Part shown: in pieces, positions 38,033-49,290 of the stretch | Layout of the letters: each line of letters starts with the position of its first letter | Numbering within the stretch: the first letter of the stretch is position 1 | Source of the DNA: an uncultured Eubacteriales bacterium | GTDB taxonomy: Bacteria > Bacillota > Clostridia > Christensenellales > CAG-138 | Reading direction: 5' to 3' | Assembly (NCBI GenBank): GCA_902787375.1 | Contig: CADAGD010000004.1 | Location: 28,018 to 92,017 of the forward strand | Length of the DNA: 64,000 bases | Notes under the pieces: generated by a model | Databases searched by the model: none | What the model was told of the DNA's origin: nothing | The model's input: the letters and a program-made list of their open reading frames with translations, nothing else | Position numbers and translations under genes: made by a program

Positions 38033-39070
38033 TCAATCTTCGTCGGAAATGTCGCGTGCGCTGTCGGTAAGCTCAACGACGCATTCGGCAGTACCCATTA
38101 TGGCACGGAGCTTGGATTCTATCTCGGCAGCGACCTCAGGATTATCGCGCAGGAACTGCTTGGCGTTCTCGCGTCCCTGACCTATGCGCATATCGCCGTA
38201 TGAGAACCATGCGCCCGTCTTGGAAATTATCTTGTTGGTAACGCCCATATCGAGCAGCGAACCCTCCTTTGAGAAGCCCTCGCCATACATGAGGTCTACC
38301 TCGGCAACGCGGAAGGGAGGAGCGACCTTGTTCTTGACTACCTTTATGCGGACGCGGTTGCCGACCGCTTCGCCGCCCTGCTTGAGAACATCCACTTTGC
38401 GAACATCCAGCCTTATTGTGGCGAAGAATTTGAGAGCGCGTCCGCCCGTAGTGGTTTCGGGATTGCCGAACATGACTCCGACCTTCTCACGAAGCTGGTT
38501 GATGAATATTACGCAGCAGTTGGATTTGCCCACTATTCCGGCAAGCTTGCGCAAAGCCTGGCTCATAAGCCTTGCCTGAAGACCCACATGGGAATCGCCC
38601 ATATCGCCCTCAAGCTCCGCCTTGGGAACAAGGGCTGCAACCGAGTCGATGACTATTATATCGACCGCGCCGCTTCGGACGAGGGTATCGGCAATATCGA
38701 GTGCCTGTTCGCCGTTGTCGGGCTGGGATACGAAAAGGGCGTTGAGGTCAACGCCGAGCTTGGCGGCGTAAACGGGATCGAGGGCGTGTTCGGCGTCGAT
38801 GAAAACAGCCATGCCGCCGAGCTTCTGTGCCTCGGCTATCATGTGCAGGGCAAGCGTCGTCTTGCCGGAGGATTCGGGGCCGTAAACCTCTATTATCCTG
38901 CCTCTCGGAATGCCTCCGACACCGAGAGCGTTGTCCAGCTCGATACATCCCGTGGGTATGACCGAAACCTGTATCTTCTGCGCGGCGTCGCCCATGAGCA
39001 TTATCGCGCCCTTACCGAACTCCTTCTCTATCTGTGACAGAGCGAGATCCAATGCTTTTTCCTTATCCAT
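38033..39070 (-). CDS. recA: recombinase RecA
   Basis: [12 protein letters not shown] Walker [10 protein letters not shown], full-length 345 aa. Confidence 0.99.
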   Translation of the reverse strand: MDKEKALDLALSQIEKEFGKGAIMLMGDAAQKIQVSVIPTGCIELDNALGVGGIPRGRIIEVYGPESSGKTTLALHMIAEAQKLGGMAVFIDAEHALDPVYAAKLGVDLNALFVSQPDNGEQALDIADTLVRSGAVDIIVIDSVAALVPKAELEGDMGDSHVGLQARLMSQALRKLAGIVGKSNCCVIFINQLREKVGVMFGNPETTTGGRALKFFATIRLDVRKVDVLKQGGEAVGNRVRIKVVKNKVAPPFRVAEVDLMYGEGFSKEGSLLDMGVTNKIISKTGAWFSYGDMRIGQGRENAKQFLRDNPEVAAEIESKLRAIMGTAECVVELTDSARDISDED

Positions 39071-39102
39071 ACTATTCCTCCGTTTATTGTAAATGTTTGT
39101 TT

Positions 39103-39612
39103 TTAGATCGTTTTAGCTAATTTATACAGCAATTTGAGAGCTTCATACACGGCTTGACGTCGTATCTCGGTTCGGGAGCCTGATAGATTCAGCTCGCGTG
39201 TAACGAAGCCCTTGGAGGTTGAGCCGCCTATGAATACCAATCCGGCGTCGCGCCCAAGCTCATCTTTGCCCGGCCCCGCAAGCCCCGTCGTGGAGACGGC
39301 TATATCCGCACCCGATGTTTTACGCATACCCTCAGCCATCATCTTGGCTACAGGACGGCTTACGGCGGTATGCCTTTCTATAATGGAAGGGTCGCAGAGG
39401 AGCCTTGAAGCCTTTGCGCAGTTGGAATATGTCACCGCGCCTTCAAGGAACCACTTTGATACTCCGGGAACGGAAACTATCTCGGAGGCGATAAGCCCTC
39501 CGGTAAGGCTTTCGGCTGTTGCGGCGGTTGCTCCTTTGGCGATGAGTATGCCTGATATGGCGGCAGTCAGCTCTGAGCAAACCCTGTGAAATACTGTTTC
39601 ATCTTCAAACAT
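39103..39612 (-). CDS. CinA-family C-terminal domain protein (nicotinamide-nucleotide amidohydrolase PncC-like)
   Basis: 169 aa, [10 protein letters not shown] motif; conserved position upstream of recA. Confidence 0.85.
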   Translation of the reverse strand: MFEDETVFHRVCSELTAAISGILIAKGATAATAESLTGGLIASEIVSVPGVSKWFLEGAVTYSNCAKASRLLCDPSIIERHTAVSRPVAKMMAEGMRKTSGADIAVSTTGLAGPGKDELGRDAGLVFIGGSTSKGFVTRELNLSGSRTEIRRQAVYEALKLLYKLAKTI

Positions 39613-39618
39613 ACAGCA

Positions 39619-40218
39619 TCACCTGTCGCTGAAAAGATTTTTGCTCTTTATTGTGTAATCCGCGCCTGACCAAATGGTCATTATAACGGATGCCGCCACG
39701 AGTATGAAATCGAGCGGAACGCCGACGGCACGGCATATCGGCCCCAATATCAATACAACGGGAAGCGCGATGCTCTGGAGAGTGGTCTTTATTTTACCGA
39801 GCTTTCCGGCTGCCATGACGACGCCCTTGCTTGCGGCTACAAGACGGATGCCGCTTATAAGAAACTCCCTGCCAATTACAATCACCGTGAATATGGGCAT
39901 GAGAAAGTCACAGCAGCTCATAAGACCACGACCTATCAGCATTACCATGCAGGCGGAGGTCAGGAGCTTATCCGCAATGGGATCCATAAGCTTCCCGAAG
40001 TCCGTTATAAGGGCGTTCTTTCGAGCTATATGCCCGTCGAGAGCGTCGGTGATGTAGGCAAGTATGAAAATGATTGCGGCAATTATGTATTTAACATAGA
40101 GCTTCGCGCCCAATACCTCAAAAAGCACCCAATCGGGCAGATAGAAGCAGATGATAAAAAAGGGTATTGCGGCAATGCGCGCCACGGTGAGCTTGTTCGG
40201 AAGATTCATTTGAAACAT
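39619..40218 (-). CDS. pgsA: CDP-diacylglycerol--glycerol-3-phosphate 3-phosphatidyltransferase
   Basis: CDP-alcohol phosphatidyltransferase motif DALDGHIAR...GKLMDPIADK. Confidence 0.92.
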   Translation of the reverse strand: MFQMNLPNKLTVARIAAIPFFIICFYLPDWVLFEVLGAKLYVKYIIAAIIFILAYITDALDGHIARKNALITDFGKLMDPIADKLLTSACMVMLIGRGLMSCCDFLMPIFTVIVIGREFLISGIRLVAASKGVVMAAGKLGKIKTTLQSIALPVVLILGPICRAVGVPLDFILVAASVIMTIWSGADYTIKSKNLFSDR

Positions 40219-40225
40219 CTCCTGT

Positions 40226-41551
40226 TCATGGGTTTATAGGTTCGGCGTCGAGATCATATGTTTCCGCGCCTGTTATGCGCACATTTATGTAGTCGCCGCA
40301 TTTGATTTTGCTCACGTCGGACAGCCTCACCCTGATAAAGCCGTCAACCTCGGCAGCCTCGGCATAGGAGCGGCAGAAAGCGACGCCGTCAGATATTTCA
40401 TCGACAAGCACCTCGCAGATACTTCCGATGCGCCTTTTATTCGCGGCAAGCGAAACCGCCATCTGATCCCGCATAAGCCTGTCAAGGCGGTGTTGCCTGA
40501 CCTTTTCCGGAACCTGATTATCCATTGCGGCAGCGGGAGTGCCGTCCTCAGGAGAATAAGTGAACGCGCCCAAACGGTCATAGGGATGCGCTTTGAAGAA
40601 CTCACGAAGCGCATCGAACTGAGCGTCCGTTTCGCCGGGGAAGCCTACTATCGCGGTGGTTCTCAATATGAAATCGGGATTGGCGTTCCTTATGTAATCC
40701 GTTATACTGCGTATATGCTCGGCTGTGCCGTGACGGTTCATGGCGCGAAGTATATCCGGGTCGATATGCTGTATCGGCATGTCGATGTAATTGCATATCT
40801 TGGGATTGGCGTTTATGGTATCAATGAGCTTTTCATCGACCGTGTTGGGGTATGTGTACAGAAGTCTTATCCAATGCAGCTTTTCAATATCCGCAAGCGC
40901 GGTGAGAAGCTCGGCAAGCTTAGGCTTGCCGTAAATATCAATGCCATAGGCGGAGGTATCCTGCGCTATTACTGTCAGCTCGGTAACGCCGCCTTCTGCA
41001 AGCTCCTTTGCCTCAGCTATGAGCTGCTCCATAGGATAGCTCCTTCTGCCGCCCCTGATAATGGGTATGGCGCAGTAGGTGCAGCGATTGTCACAGCCGT
41101 CCGCAATGCGCAGATAGGCGCGGTAGGAGGGAGTTGTTAGTATGCGCGAGGATTTTGGAGAATGGGCGCAGGCGGAAAGCCCGTATGCGGAAAAACCGAG
41201 CCGCTGCTCAATGGCGTCCGCAAGCCCGCTGTGATCCCTGACGCCCCATATGAGGTCGGCTTCGGGAAGCTCCTCGCGCAGCTCATCATAATATCTCTCG
41301 GTCAAGCAGCCGCATACCACAAGCAGACGGCAGGACGCCTCATTCTTATATTTTACCATGTCAAAAACCGTGTCGAGCGAATCGACCTTCGCGCTTTCTA
41401 TGAAGCCACAGGTGTTGACGATAATCACCTCGGCGTCCTCCGGAGAGCTTACGGGCGTGAAGCCGCGTCTTACAAGCTCTCCCAATATCTCCTCGGAATC
41501 GACCCTGTTTTTGGAGCAGCCGAGGGAAACCATACCTACCTTACATTCCAT
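40226..41551 (-). CDS. rimO: ribosomal protein S12 methylthiotransferase RimO
   Basis: UPF0004 N-domain (SLGCSKN), radical SAM CDNRCTYC, C-terminal TRAM domain. Confidence 0.93.
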   Translation of the reverse strand: MECKVGMVSLGCSKNRVDSEEILGELVRRGFTPVSSPEDAEVIIVNTCGFIESAKVDSLDTVFDMVKYKNEASCRLLVVCGCLTERYYDELREELPEADLIWGVRDHSGLADAIEQRLGFSAYGLSACAHSPKSSRILTTPSYRAYLRIADGCDNRCTYCAIPIIRGGRRSYPMEQLIAEAKELAEGGVTELTVIAQDTSAYGIDIYGKPKLAELLTALADIEKLHWIRLLYTYPNTVDEKLIDTINANPKICNYIDMPIQHIDPDILRAMNRHGTAEHIRSITDYIRNANPDFILRTTAIVGFPGETDAQFDALREFFKAHPYDRLGAFTYSPEDGTPAAAMDNQVPEKVRQHRLDRLMRDQMAVSLAANKRRIGSICEVLVDEISDGVAFCRSYAEAAEVDGFIRVRLSDVSKIKCGDYINVRITGAETYDLDAEPINP

Positions 41552-41577
41552 ACATTACCTCTGTATAAAAACCAAAC

Positions 41578-44412
41578 CTAAATTATACTATTATCTCCAA
41601 ACAATTCACGATAGCCCGCCTCGTCAATAAGCACCTTTCGGGGCTTACTGCCGTCGAAGCCGGAAACGAGCTTCATCTGTTCCATTATATCAACGAGCCT
41701 TGCCGCTCTTGCGTAACCAACGCGAAGACGCCGCTGAATCATGGAGATGGAGGCGGAGCCTGAGTCCATGACGATCCTTACCGCGTCGGGGAGCAGCTCA
41801 TCCTCCTGCTTGCCGTTGCCCTGTCCCGTGGGCGCGGTCAGATCGGGTATGGCGTCGAGAACATTGTTGTTCTGGGGTACTTCTATCTGATGGTCAACGA
41901 AGAATTGCATTATGTTTTCAACTTCTTCGTCGCTGACATACGCGCCCTGCGCCCTTGTGGGCTTTGCCGCGCCGTTGGGATGGAAGAGCATATCACCGTG
42001 GCCGAGCAGCTTTTCCGCGCCGCTGCCGTCGAGTATGACGCGGGAGTCGATCGCGCTTGAAACGGCAAACGCGATTCTTGAGGGGATGTTGGTCTTTATA
42101 AGACCTGTTATGACGTCAACGGACGGACGCTGGGTCGCAACTATGAGGTGTATGCCGCAGGCGCGGCCGAGCTGTGCAAGACGCGCTATGGATTCCTCGA
42201 CATCCTTGGCGGAAACAATCATCAGATCAGCCAGCTCGTCTATGATTATCATAAGACGGGGCATCCTGTTTTCCGGCTCTGTCTGGAGGGAATTGAAGCG
42301 GGCAAGATCGCGTGCGTTGACCTTGCTCATCTTGGAGTAACGCTGATCCATCTCATTGCACGCCCACTTGAGTACGCCCGCCGCCTTTTTGGGATCGGTA
42401 ACGACAGGGCAGTAGAGGTGCGGAACAGGCGCGAAAATCGAAAGCTCAACCACCTTGGGGTCAATGAGTATCATACGCACCTCATCGGGCGAAGACTTAT
42501 AGAGCGTTGAGAGTATTATGCTGTTTATGCAGACGGATTTACCGGAACCCGTCGCGCCGGCTATCAGCATATGGGGCATCTTTTCAAGATTGGCATATAC
42601 GGGCTTGCCGGCTATATCCTTGCCGAGAGCGAATGTCAGCGGAGATGACGCCGTGGCAAATTCCCTTGTATCCAGAACCTCGCGCAGGCGTACCATTGCG
42701 GTATCCTTGTTGGGTATCTCTATGCCTATCGCCGCCTTTCCGGGTATGGGCGCCTCTATTCTGACGCGGGGAGCGGCAAGCGCGAGAGCTATATCGTTGC
42801 TCAGAGAGGTTATCCTGTTGACTCTTATTCCCTGCGCGGGCTGTATCTCGAATCGTGTTATGACTGGACCAACGGATATGTTAATGACCTTCGCGCTGAT
42901 ATTGAAGCTTGCGAGGGTTTCTATGAGCAGCCTTGCCTTTTCCGAGGGGGAGTCATTGGCTATGGACTCGCTCCTGTCAGGCAGACGCAGCAGGGATATG
43001 GGAGGCTTTTGATAGACCTGAACCGCAGGCGGAGCCTCAAGCCCATCCGGCTCATCGTCATTATCGCCAGAGGCTTTTTTTGAGGACTCAACGGCAGGCT
43101 TTGCGGGCGCGTCCGTAGCCGTGTCGGATGCTTTGGGCACATCGGGTTCATCCTCGTCAAGGCTGCTCAAGCTCTCGTCGGGTATTATCTCTATTGTTTC
43201 ATATGGATCGTATTCCGTAATAACGGGCTTCGCGGGAGCGGGCGTCCGACCCGATGCGGAGCCGTGCATCCTGTATTCATAGGGAATGGCTCCCGAAGCC
43301 GGCAGCACGTCAAGTCCGCTTTCCGTATCGACCGCGTTGTTGATAACGGAGTCGAGGTCGGAAAGCTCGACCGTCATATTCATACTGCCGCGCTTGTGTC
43401 CCTTAAAGCTGCCGCGCAGCCTGTCGCCGTCCTCACCGATTTTAAGCTCTTCGTCGGCATTGTCGGCGGATACATCCGACATGGCGGGGAAGGGCTCGTT
43501 GAAAGCGATATTCGTGACGTCAGGGGCGGCAGAGGAGGTATGCTCGGCAGAGCCGCTTTTTGCGTGTGGCGTGTGAGCGTTATTTATTTCTCTATCTGTG
43601 TCGTAGCAGGAGTCGTATTCAAGCTTTCCGGCGTATATGCGCGCCTTACGGCGATCTTCCATCGCATCCATTTTGGCGACTATCTTCATGCCGGCGGAGC
43701 GAAGGGAAACCCTCGTTGCGAGCAGTAGCAGTACAAGAGCGGCGGCAATGAATATAACTATCGCGCCGCTTACCGTAACAAGCTGCGAGAGCGCATAGGA
43801 GGGTATGGCGGACAGCAGACCGCCGCCCTGACCTTCCTTGCCAAAGTTGAATGCGTCGGAAAGAAAATCACCGAATGCGATACCGCTTACAGGGAATGTA
43901 AACAGATGCGCTATGCAGTCTATACAGAACATGGAGCCGGAAAGCATTATAATAGCTCCCGTACCCACCTGACGTTTTGGAACGAATATGAGTATTACTC
44001 CGAATACGCAGAGCAAAACGGGTATGGCATATTGAAGTATGCCGACAAGACCGCACAAAAAACCGACAACGGCTTTAAAAACCGCGTTGGAATTGGTATA
44101 AGTCAGTATGCCCGAAACTATTCCGAGGGCTATAAGTATGATACCGACAAGCTCGTCGATATGATCGTAGCGAGGACGCGGCGATTTGCGCTTTTCGGGC
44201 AGGGGCTCTGAAGACGGAGCGGCTTTATCCCTTCCCGATGCCTTGACGGCAGGTTTGGGACCTGTTTTATGAGGTGCTTTATCGGTTGTCTTCCTGACGG
44301 TCTTTTGAGACGCCTTGCCGGAGGCTTTGACGACCGAAGTCGTAAGCTCCGTTTTTGTATTCTTTTTTGCGGACGTCGTTTTTTTCGGTGTGTTGCTTTT
44401 CTTATTCTCCAT
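41578..44412 (-). CDS. ftsK: DNA translocase FtsK/SpoIIIE
   Basis: N-terminal TM domain, long linker, motor with Walker A GATGSGKS, C-terminal gamma winged-helix domain. Confidence 0.95.
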   Translation of the reverse strand: MENKKSNTPKKTTSAKKNTKTELTTSVVKASGKASQKTVRKTTDKAPHKTGPKPAVKASGRDKAAPSSEPLPEKRKSPRPRYDHIDELVGIILIALGIVSGILTYTNSNAVFKAVVGFLCGLVGILQYAIPVLLCVFGVILIFVPKRQVGTGAIIMLSGSMFCIDCIAHLFTFPVSGIAFGDFLSDAFNFGKEGQGGGLLSAIPSYALSQLVTVSGAIVIFIAAALVLLLLATRVSLRSAGMKIVAKMDAMEDRRKARIYAGKLEYDSCYDTDREINNAHTPHAKSGSAEHTSSAAPDVTNIAFNEPFPAMSDVSADNADEELKIGEDGDRLRGSFKGHKRGSMNMTVELSDLDSVINNAVDTESGLDVLPASGAIPYEYRMHGSASGRTPAPAKPVITEYDPYETIEIIPDESLSSLDEDEPDVPKASDTATDAPAKPAVESSKKASGDNDDEPDGLEAPPAVQVYQKPPISLLRLPDRSESIANDSPSEKARLLIETLASFNISAKVINISVGPVITRFEIQPAQGIRVNRITSLSNDIALALAAPRVRIEAPIPGKAAIGIEIPNKDTAMVRLREVLDTREFATASSPLTFALGKDIAGKPVYANLEKMPHMLIAGATGSGKSVCINSIILSTLYKSSPDEVRMILIDPKVVELSIFAPVPHLYCPVVTDPKKAAGVLKWACNEMDQRYSKMSKVNARDLARFNSLQTEPENRMPRLMIIIDELADLMIVSAKDVEESIARLAQLGRACGIHLIVATQRPSVDVITGLIKTNIPSRIAFAVSSAIDSRVILDGSGAEKLLGHGDMLFHPNGAAKPTRAQGAYVSDEEVENIMQFFVDHQIEVPQNNNVLDAIPDLTAPTGQGNGKQEDELLPDAVRIVMDSGSASISMIQRRLRVGYARAARLVDIMEQMKLVSGFDGSKPRKVLIDEAGYRELFGDNSII

Positions 44413-46666
44413 TACCGGGTTCCTCCGTTGAGGGTGCCTGTGTCAACGCGGGGTAGGCGCTCTCGGTGCTTATAAGCTCCCTTGCTATATCGAATTTGAT
44501 ATACTTGTATTCGTCTTCAGTCGGCAGTTCGAGCATTACAAGGACAAGAAGCTCGTCCTCAGGGGCGACGTTAACGCGGTAGCCGACGAACCATGATATC
44601 TCTCGTTTCTTATCCGAGCCTATTTCGGCAGTTCCCGTCTTGCCGGCAACGGTGCAGCCCCTTGCCTTAAGACGGTAGCCCGTACCGTTGTACTTCGTAC
44701 TCATAATACCCTCAAGCATGGGCTCAAGAGTTTCTATTGTGGATTTCTGTATGGCATTTTTGATCCAGGGAGTACTCTCGAATGTCTTATAGGGCTTGTA
44801 CACGCCGTCGTTATCGCTGTAGAGAGCCTTTGTCAGTATGGGGGTGGGCATATCTCCCTCATTGCGGAAGGCACAGAACATCGAGGCAAGCTGCAATGGC
44901 GATATTGTTACCTGACCTTGACCGTAGCCGGTCTCGGCTATGCTTCGAAGGTTCCAATCGGTCGGCGAATCTGCCTTTATCTTGAGCGTGGATTTGGCAA
45001 CGCTCAGCTCGAAGGGCATACTCTGCTCCATACCGATGCCGCGCAGATATGTGAGAAATTTCTCCTCGCCCATCATAAGAGCGAGATCGGCAAAGTATAT
45101 GTTGTCCGAATGTATCATCGCGTTGAACATATTGAGCGGCAGTCCGCGATCGCTTATCTTTGTACGCTTTATGGGCGGCCATATCCATTTGCCGTAGTTT
45201 GTCGGAGTCCAATAGTCGCTCTCGATATTGCCGGTGAACACATGCTCCGAGGTTACATAATTCATCTCAAGCGCGGCGGAGGCGGTAAATACCTTGAATG
45301 CCGATCCGGGAGGATAAAGACCGAGCGTGGAACGATTCTGAAGCGGCTTGTTTGCCTGATCGGCAAGCCGGTTATAGTATTCCGTATCCGCTGATATGGC
45401 AAGCTTGTTGAGGTCATAGGCGGGATAGGAGACCATTGCCTTTATCTCACCCGTCTTGGGGTTCATGGCGACTACCGAACCGGCGGTGTTATCTCCCCAG
45501 AGAACCAGATCCATGACCTTTTCGGCCTTTTTTTGAAGGTCGAGGTCAATAGTCAAATGCACATCGGAACCGTGCTGGACGGGCTTGCTGTAAATGGTCG
45601 ATACAGTCTTGCCGGAAGCGTCCCTTATAACTATGTTTATGCCGTCCTTGCCGCGGAGCGTTGTTTCATAGGAGCGTTCAATACCGGATCTTCCGACTAT
45701 GGAGTGGGTGGTGTAAAGACCGTCGGCCTCGGTGCGCCCCTGATTGAGAGTGGGAAGCTCGTCCTCCCCGACATAACCGACATAACCTATCGTATGTGCC
45801 AACAGTTCGTTTTCGGGATAGTATCTGTATGTCCCGTAGTTTCCGAGTATGGTTATGCCGTCGATATTGTCAAGGGCTTCATGTATATCGGGGGTAAGTT
45901 CTATCTCGTTGAGCTGAGCTATTATTACCGACTTGCTTTCCGACTTGGTGATGGCTTCGATAATATCAAGCGGATTCTTTGAAATAAGATTGCCGATTTC
46001 TGTTGAGAAATCGCCGAGATCGTCTATCTTTTCAACATCCGCGACAATGGCGTTCAGGTCGATGGTGCGTGCAAGAAGCTTACCGTCCGCGAGTATGTCT
46101 CCGCGCTTTGCGGCTATCGGAACGATTCTCACCGTGCTGCCCCAAGTCATGTCGGGGAATATGAGAGAGGGATCCCAATCAACATACCAGCTCCCGTCCT
46201 CAACAATGAGATTCATTTCGTAGCTGTTGGAAAGCACACCGTATTCAGAGGTGGTGTAGTTGGCGGTATAATAAACCGTTTTGCGCTCGCTGTTGACGGG
46301 TGTAACGACTACATTGCTGTATTCAACGGAGCTTATGCCAAGCCCGCTGAATATCGAATAGTATTTCTTAACAAAGTCAGTCCGTGTTATGAACTGAGCG
46401 GGACTTTCCGTGGGAGCCTGAGCGGAGGTATTGTCAAGCTCGCTGACGCCTAAGTTATCAGCGGGCATTGTTGTGCATTTGGATGAAAGCTGTGAAAACG
46501 CGCTCTCATAATCAAGCTCGGAAATGGATTTCATAAACTGTACATAGCAGTCAGTATTGAGATATTCCATTTTTTTGCGGTTGCAGCCGCATATTGGAAG
46601 CAGGGTGGCAAACGCCAGAACAAAGGATATTATGCTTTTATATAAATGATTCATGATCGACCTCAC
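44402..46666 (-). CDS. class B penicillin-binding protein with N-terminal NTF2-like (MecA_N-type) domain
   Basis: Lipobox-like PICG|C; transpeptidase motifs SAFK, SDN and KTGT. Overlaps the ftsK start by 11 nt; an alternative start at 46654 is possible. Confidence 0.9.
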   Translation of the reverse strand: MRSIMNHLYKSIISFVLAFATLLPICGCNRKKMEYLNTDCYVQFMKSISELDYESAFSQLSSKCTTMPADNLGVSELDNTSAQAPTESPAQFITRTDFVKKYYSIFSGLGISSVEYSNVVVTPVNSERKTVYYTANYTTSEYGVLSNSYEMNLIVEDGSWYVDWDPSLIFPDMTWGSTVRIVPIAAKRGDILADGKLLARTIDLNAIVADVEKIDDLGDFSTEIGNLISKNPLDIIEAITKSESKSVIIAQLNEIELTPDIHEALDNIDGITILGNYGTYRYYPENELLAHTIGYVGYVGEDELPTLNQGRTEADGLYTTHSIVGRSGIERSYETTLRGKDGINIVIRDASGKTVSTIYSKPVQHGSDVHLTIDLDLQKKAEKVMDLVLWGDNTAGSVVAMNPKTGEIKAMVSYPAYDLNKLAISADTEYYNRLADQANKPLQNRSTLGLYPPGSAFKVFTASAALEMNYVTSEHVFTGNIESDYWTPTNYGKWIWPPIKRTKISDRGLPLNMFNAMIHSDNIYFADLALMMGEEKFLTYLRGIGMEQSMPFELSVAKSTLKIKADSPTDWNLRSIAETGYGQGQVTISPLQLASMFCAFRNEGDMPTPILTKALYSDNDGVYKPYKTFESTPWIKNAIQKSTIETLEPMLEGIMSTKYNGTGYRLKARGCTVAGKTGTAEIGSDKKREISWFVGYRVNVAPEDELLVLVMLELPTEDEYKYIKFDIARELISTESAYPALTQAPSTEEPGNGE

Positions 46667-46823
46667 AGCTTAAAATCACAGATTATGCCTGCTGACACAG
46701 CACTTAAAGCCTCTGCCGTAAAAGCATGGGCGGCATAAAAAGTGGGTACTTTATACCAATTATATTATAACAGGTCGAGTCGGAAATGTAAAGCTTGATG
46801 CGGAGCAAAAAACACGAAAGCGC

Positions 46824-46858
46824 AAAAAACAGGACGCCACGAGCAGGCTCATGGCGTC
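46824..46858 (-). terminator. intrinsic terminator downstream of guaB
   Basis: On the minus strand, GACGCCATGAGCCTGCTCGTGGCGTC followed by CTGTTTTTT. Confidence 0.75.
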
Positions 46859-46916
46859 TGTAAACATGGTATTAGGTAGTGATTAACTCAGCAAAGCTCT
46901 GAGAGTGCTGAGGAGT

Positions 46917-48368
46917 TTATTTCTTTATACCGAAAGCCTTCTGTTCCTTGAGTACGACGTCATGTGCGCCGCCCTCGACAATGGAGGTCGGGGAAACAAG
47001 GGTGAGCCTTGCGGTATTCCTGAGCTGTTCTATCGTGAGCGAGCCGCAGTTGCACATTGTGGAACGAACCTTGGCGAGTGTCACGATTATATTGTCATGA
47101 AGTGAACCGGCATAGGGAACATAAGAATCGACGCCTTCCTCGAAGCTGAGCTTTGAACCGCCGCCCATATCGTAACGCTGCCAGTTGCGGGCGCGAGCGG
47201 AGCCCTCGCCCCAGTATTCCTTCATGTAGGTTCCGCCGACCATGACCTTGTTTGTGGGGGACTCGTCAAATCTTGCGAAGTAGCGTCCGAGCATACAGAA
47301 ATCGGCCCCCATCGCAAGCGCGAGGGTTATATGGTAGTCCATTACGATTCCGCCGTCGGCGCAGATGGGAACGTAAATGCCGGTCTTTTCAAAGTATTCG
47401 TCACGGGCTTTGGCGACTTCCATGACGGCGGTTGCCTGACCGCGTCCGATACCCTTTGTTTCGCGGGTTATGCAGATGGAGTCACGGTCAACGACGTTGC
47501 CCGCGCCGCACTTGACCTTATCGCCGTATTTTTCACGGATAAAGGCAAGGGTTTTTGCCTGCCATGCTGTATAGCCCTCGGAGGAGTCTATACATAGCAC
47601 GTCAACACCGGCGTCAACAAGTGCGGGAACACGCTCGGCGTAATCGCGGGAGTTGATGCCCGCGCCGACAACATAACGCTTGTTGCCGTCGAGCAGCTCC
47701 ATGGGGTTTTCCTTATGAACATCGTAATCCTTGCGGAAGACAAAGGCAACAAGATTGCCGTCGTCGTCGATTATGGGAAGCGAGTTGAGCTTGTGATCCC
47801 AGATAATGTCATTGGCTTCCTTGAGCGAAACGCCTTCCTTCGCGGTGACAAGACGCTCGATGGGAGTCATGAAGCTTTTGACCTTCGCATCATGGGATAT
47901 GCGGCTGATGCGATAGTCACGGCTTGTGACAACGCCCAGGAGCTTGCCGGTAGCCGAGCCGTCATGGGTTACGGCGACCGTGGAATGACCGGTCTTTTCC
48001 TTCAGAGCAATGAGATCCTCAACGGTCTGGTCGGGTGTTACGCAGGAGTCGCTTATTGAGAAGCCCGCCTTGTAAGCCTTGACCTTCTTGACCATATCGG
48101 CCTGCTTTTCGATACTCTGGGAGCCGTATATGAATGAGACTCCGCCCTCACGCGCAAGCGCGACGGCAAGGGTATCGTTGGAAACGGACTGCATTATAGC
48201 CGATACAAGAGGTATGTTGAGGGATATAGGAGCATCCTCGCCCTTCCTGAATTTGACGAGGGGAGTCTTTAGACTTGTGTTCTGTGGGGTACATTCCTCA
48301 GAGGTGTAATTGGGTATCAGCAGATATTCCCCAAACGTATGGGAGGGTTCGTCATAGATAAACGGCAT
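46917..48368 (-). CDS. guaB: IMP dehydrogenase (with tandem CBS domains), apparently lacking a core segment
   Basis: IMPDH N-terminus, CBS pair, SICITRE catalytic-Cys loop, CADGGI, MLGRYFA. The region between GNVVD and SICITRE is only 2 aa (see findings). Confidence 0.88.
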   Translation of the reverse strand: MPFIYDEPSHTFGEYLLIPNYTSEECTPQNTSLKTPLVKFRKGEDAPISLNIPLVSAIMQSVSNDTLAVALAREGGVSFIYGSQSIEKQADMVKKVKAYKAGFSISDSCVTPDQTVEDLIALKEKTGHSTVAVTHDGSATGKLLGVVTSRDYRISRISHDAKVKSFMTPIERLVTAKEGVSLKEANDIIWDHKLNSLPIIDDDGNLVAFVFRKDYDVHKENPMELLDGNKRYVVGAGINSRDYAERVPALVDAGVDVLCIDSSEGYTAWQAKTLAFIREKYGDKVKCGAGNVVDRDSICITRETKGIGRGQATAVMEVAKARDEYFEKTGIYVPICADGGIVMDYHITLALAMGADFCMLGRYFARFDESPTNKVMVGGTYMKEYWGEGSARARNWQRYDMGGGSKLSFEEGVDSYVPYAGSLHDNIIVTLAKVRSTMCNCGSLTIEQLRNTARLTLVSPTSIVEGGAHDVVLKEQKAFGIKK

Positions 48369-48393
48369 TTTGAAGCTGCTCCTTTCAGGTTTT

Positions 48394-49149
48394 TTATATC
48401 TTACGTCTTACGACGTGATGCGCTACGGTGCCTTCAACGCAGAATTGGCGTGAATACATTATGGGCTTTCCGTCAAAATCGTAATCGACTTCATCCAGTT
48501 GGAGTAACGGAGTTCCGTCGGGAACGGAAAGACTCTTTGCGATATTACCCGACGCGCTGACAGCGTGCACCTCACGCACGTCAGTACACGGCTCAAGCCC
48601 GCAGAATACGCCGAGAAAGTGGCGTATCGGCTTTTCGAGATCGGCGTCCGTATATCCGCCGCGCCGTATGAGCCGCTTGGGGATATGCTCCTCACAGTAG
48701 ACGGCGGGCTTGCCGTTCGCCGTTATGATGCGCGAAACGTAGAGAAGCTCGTCCAGTCTGCCGGTTCCCATCTTTTCGGACGCCTGAGCCGAGCGCAGTA
48801 TGCCCGACCTGATGAGAAGCATTTTCGGCTCTCGTCCGGATTTTTGTATCATATCCTCATAGCCCATGTCGATGTCCATTCGCGTCGAAAGATAAAGCAC
48901 ATGGCGATTTATAATCGTGCCAACCCCTTGGCGGCGGCTTATGACTCCATCATGATACAGCTCGGCAAGCGTGTCGCGCAGTTGAGTGCGGCTTATATTA
49001 AGCGCCTTAGCAAGAAGCGATTCGCATGGAAGCTTGGCGGCGTTCTTATAACACCCGAAGCGCATTTCATACAAAAGCCGCTCCTGAATGCTTTGTACAT
49101 TGGGAGCCGCAGTTGCTTCTATATTAAGGTTTTTATCAAGCTCGTCCAA
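48394..49149 (-). CDS. GntR/HutC-family transcriptional regulator (wHTH plus UTRA domain)
   Basis: [42 protein letters not shown] followed by a UTRA-like C-domain. TTG start. Confidence 0.85.
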   Translation of the reverse strand: MDELDKNLNIEATAAPNVQSIQERLLYEMRFGCYKNAAKLPCESLLAKALNISRTQLRDTLAELYHDGVISRRQGVGTIINRHVLYLSTRMDIDMGYEDMIQKSGREPKMLLIRSGILRSAQASEKMGTGRLDELLYVSRIITANGKPAVYCEEHIPKRLIRRGGYTDADLEKPIRHFLGVFCGLEPCTDVREVHAVSASGNIAKSLSVPDGTPLLQLDEVDYDFDGKPIMYSRQFCVEGTVAHHVVRRKI

Positions 49150-49290
49150 TTCGCCTCCGGAGGGCTGCGCCGCTCAATGCGTATTATTAATACAATGGTA
49201 ATACCTTTCATAAGGATACCACTTTCGACGGATTATGTAAAGAGAAAACCGAAAAATATATTAAATTCCACTCAAGACATATGCAGATAA

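Noticed and set aside
49150-49290. Imperfect inverted repeat TGGTATCCTTATGAAAGGTATTACCA upstream of the GntR gene, considered as an auto-operator
   Set aside because: The half-sites are imperfect and the spacing is atypical for HutC/GntR operators. This cannot be supported from the sequence alone.
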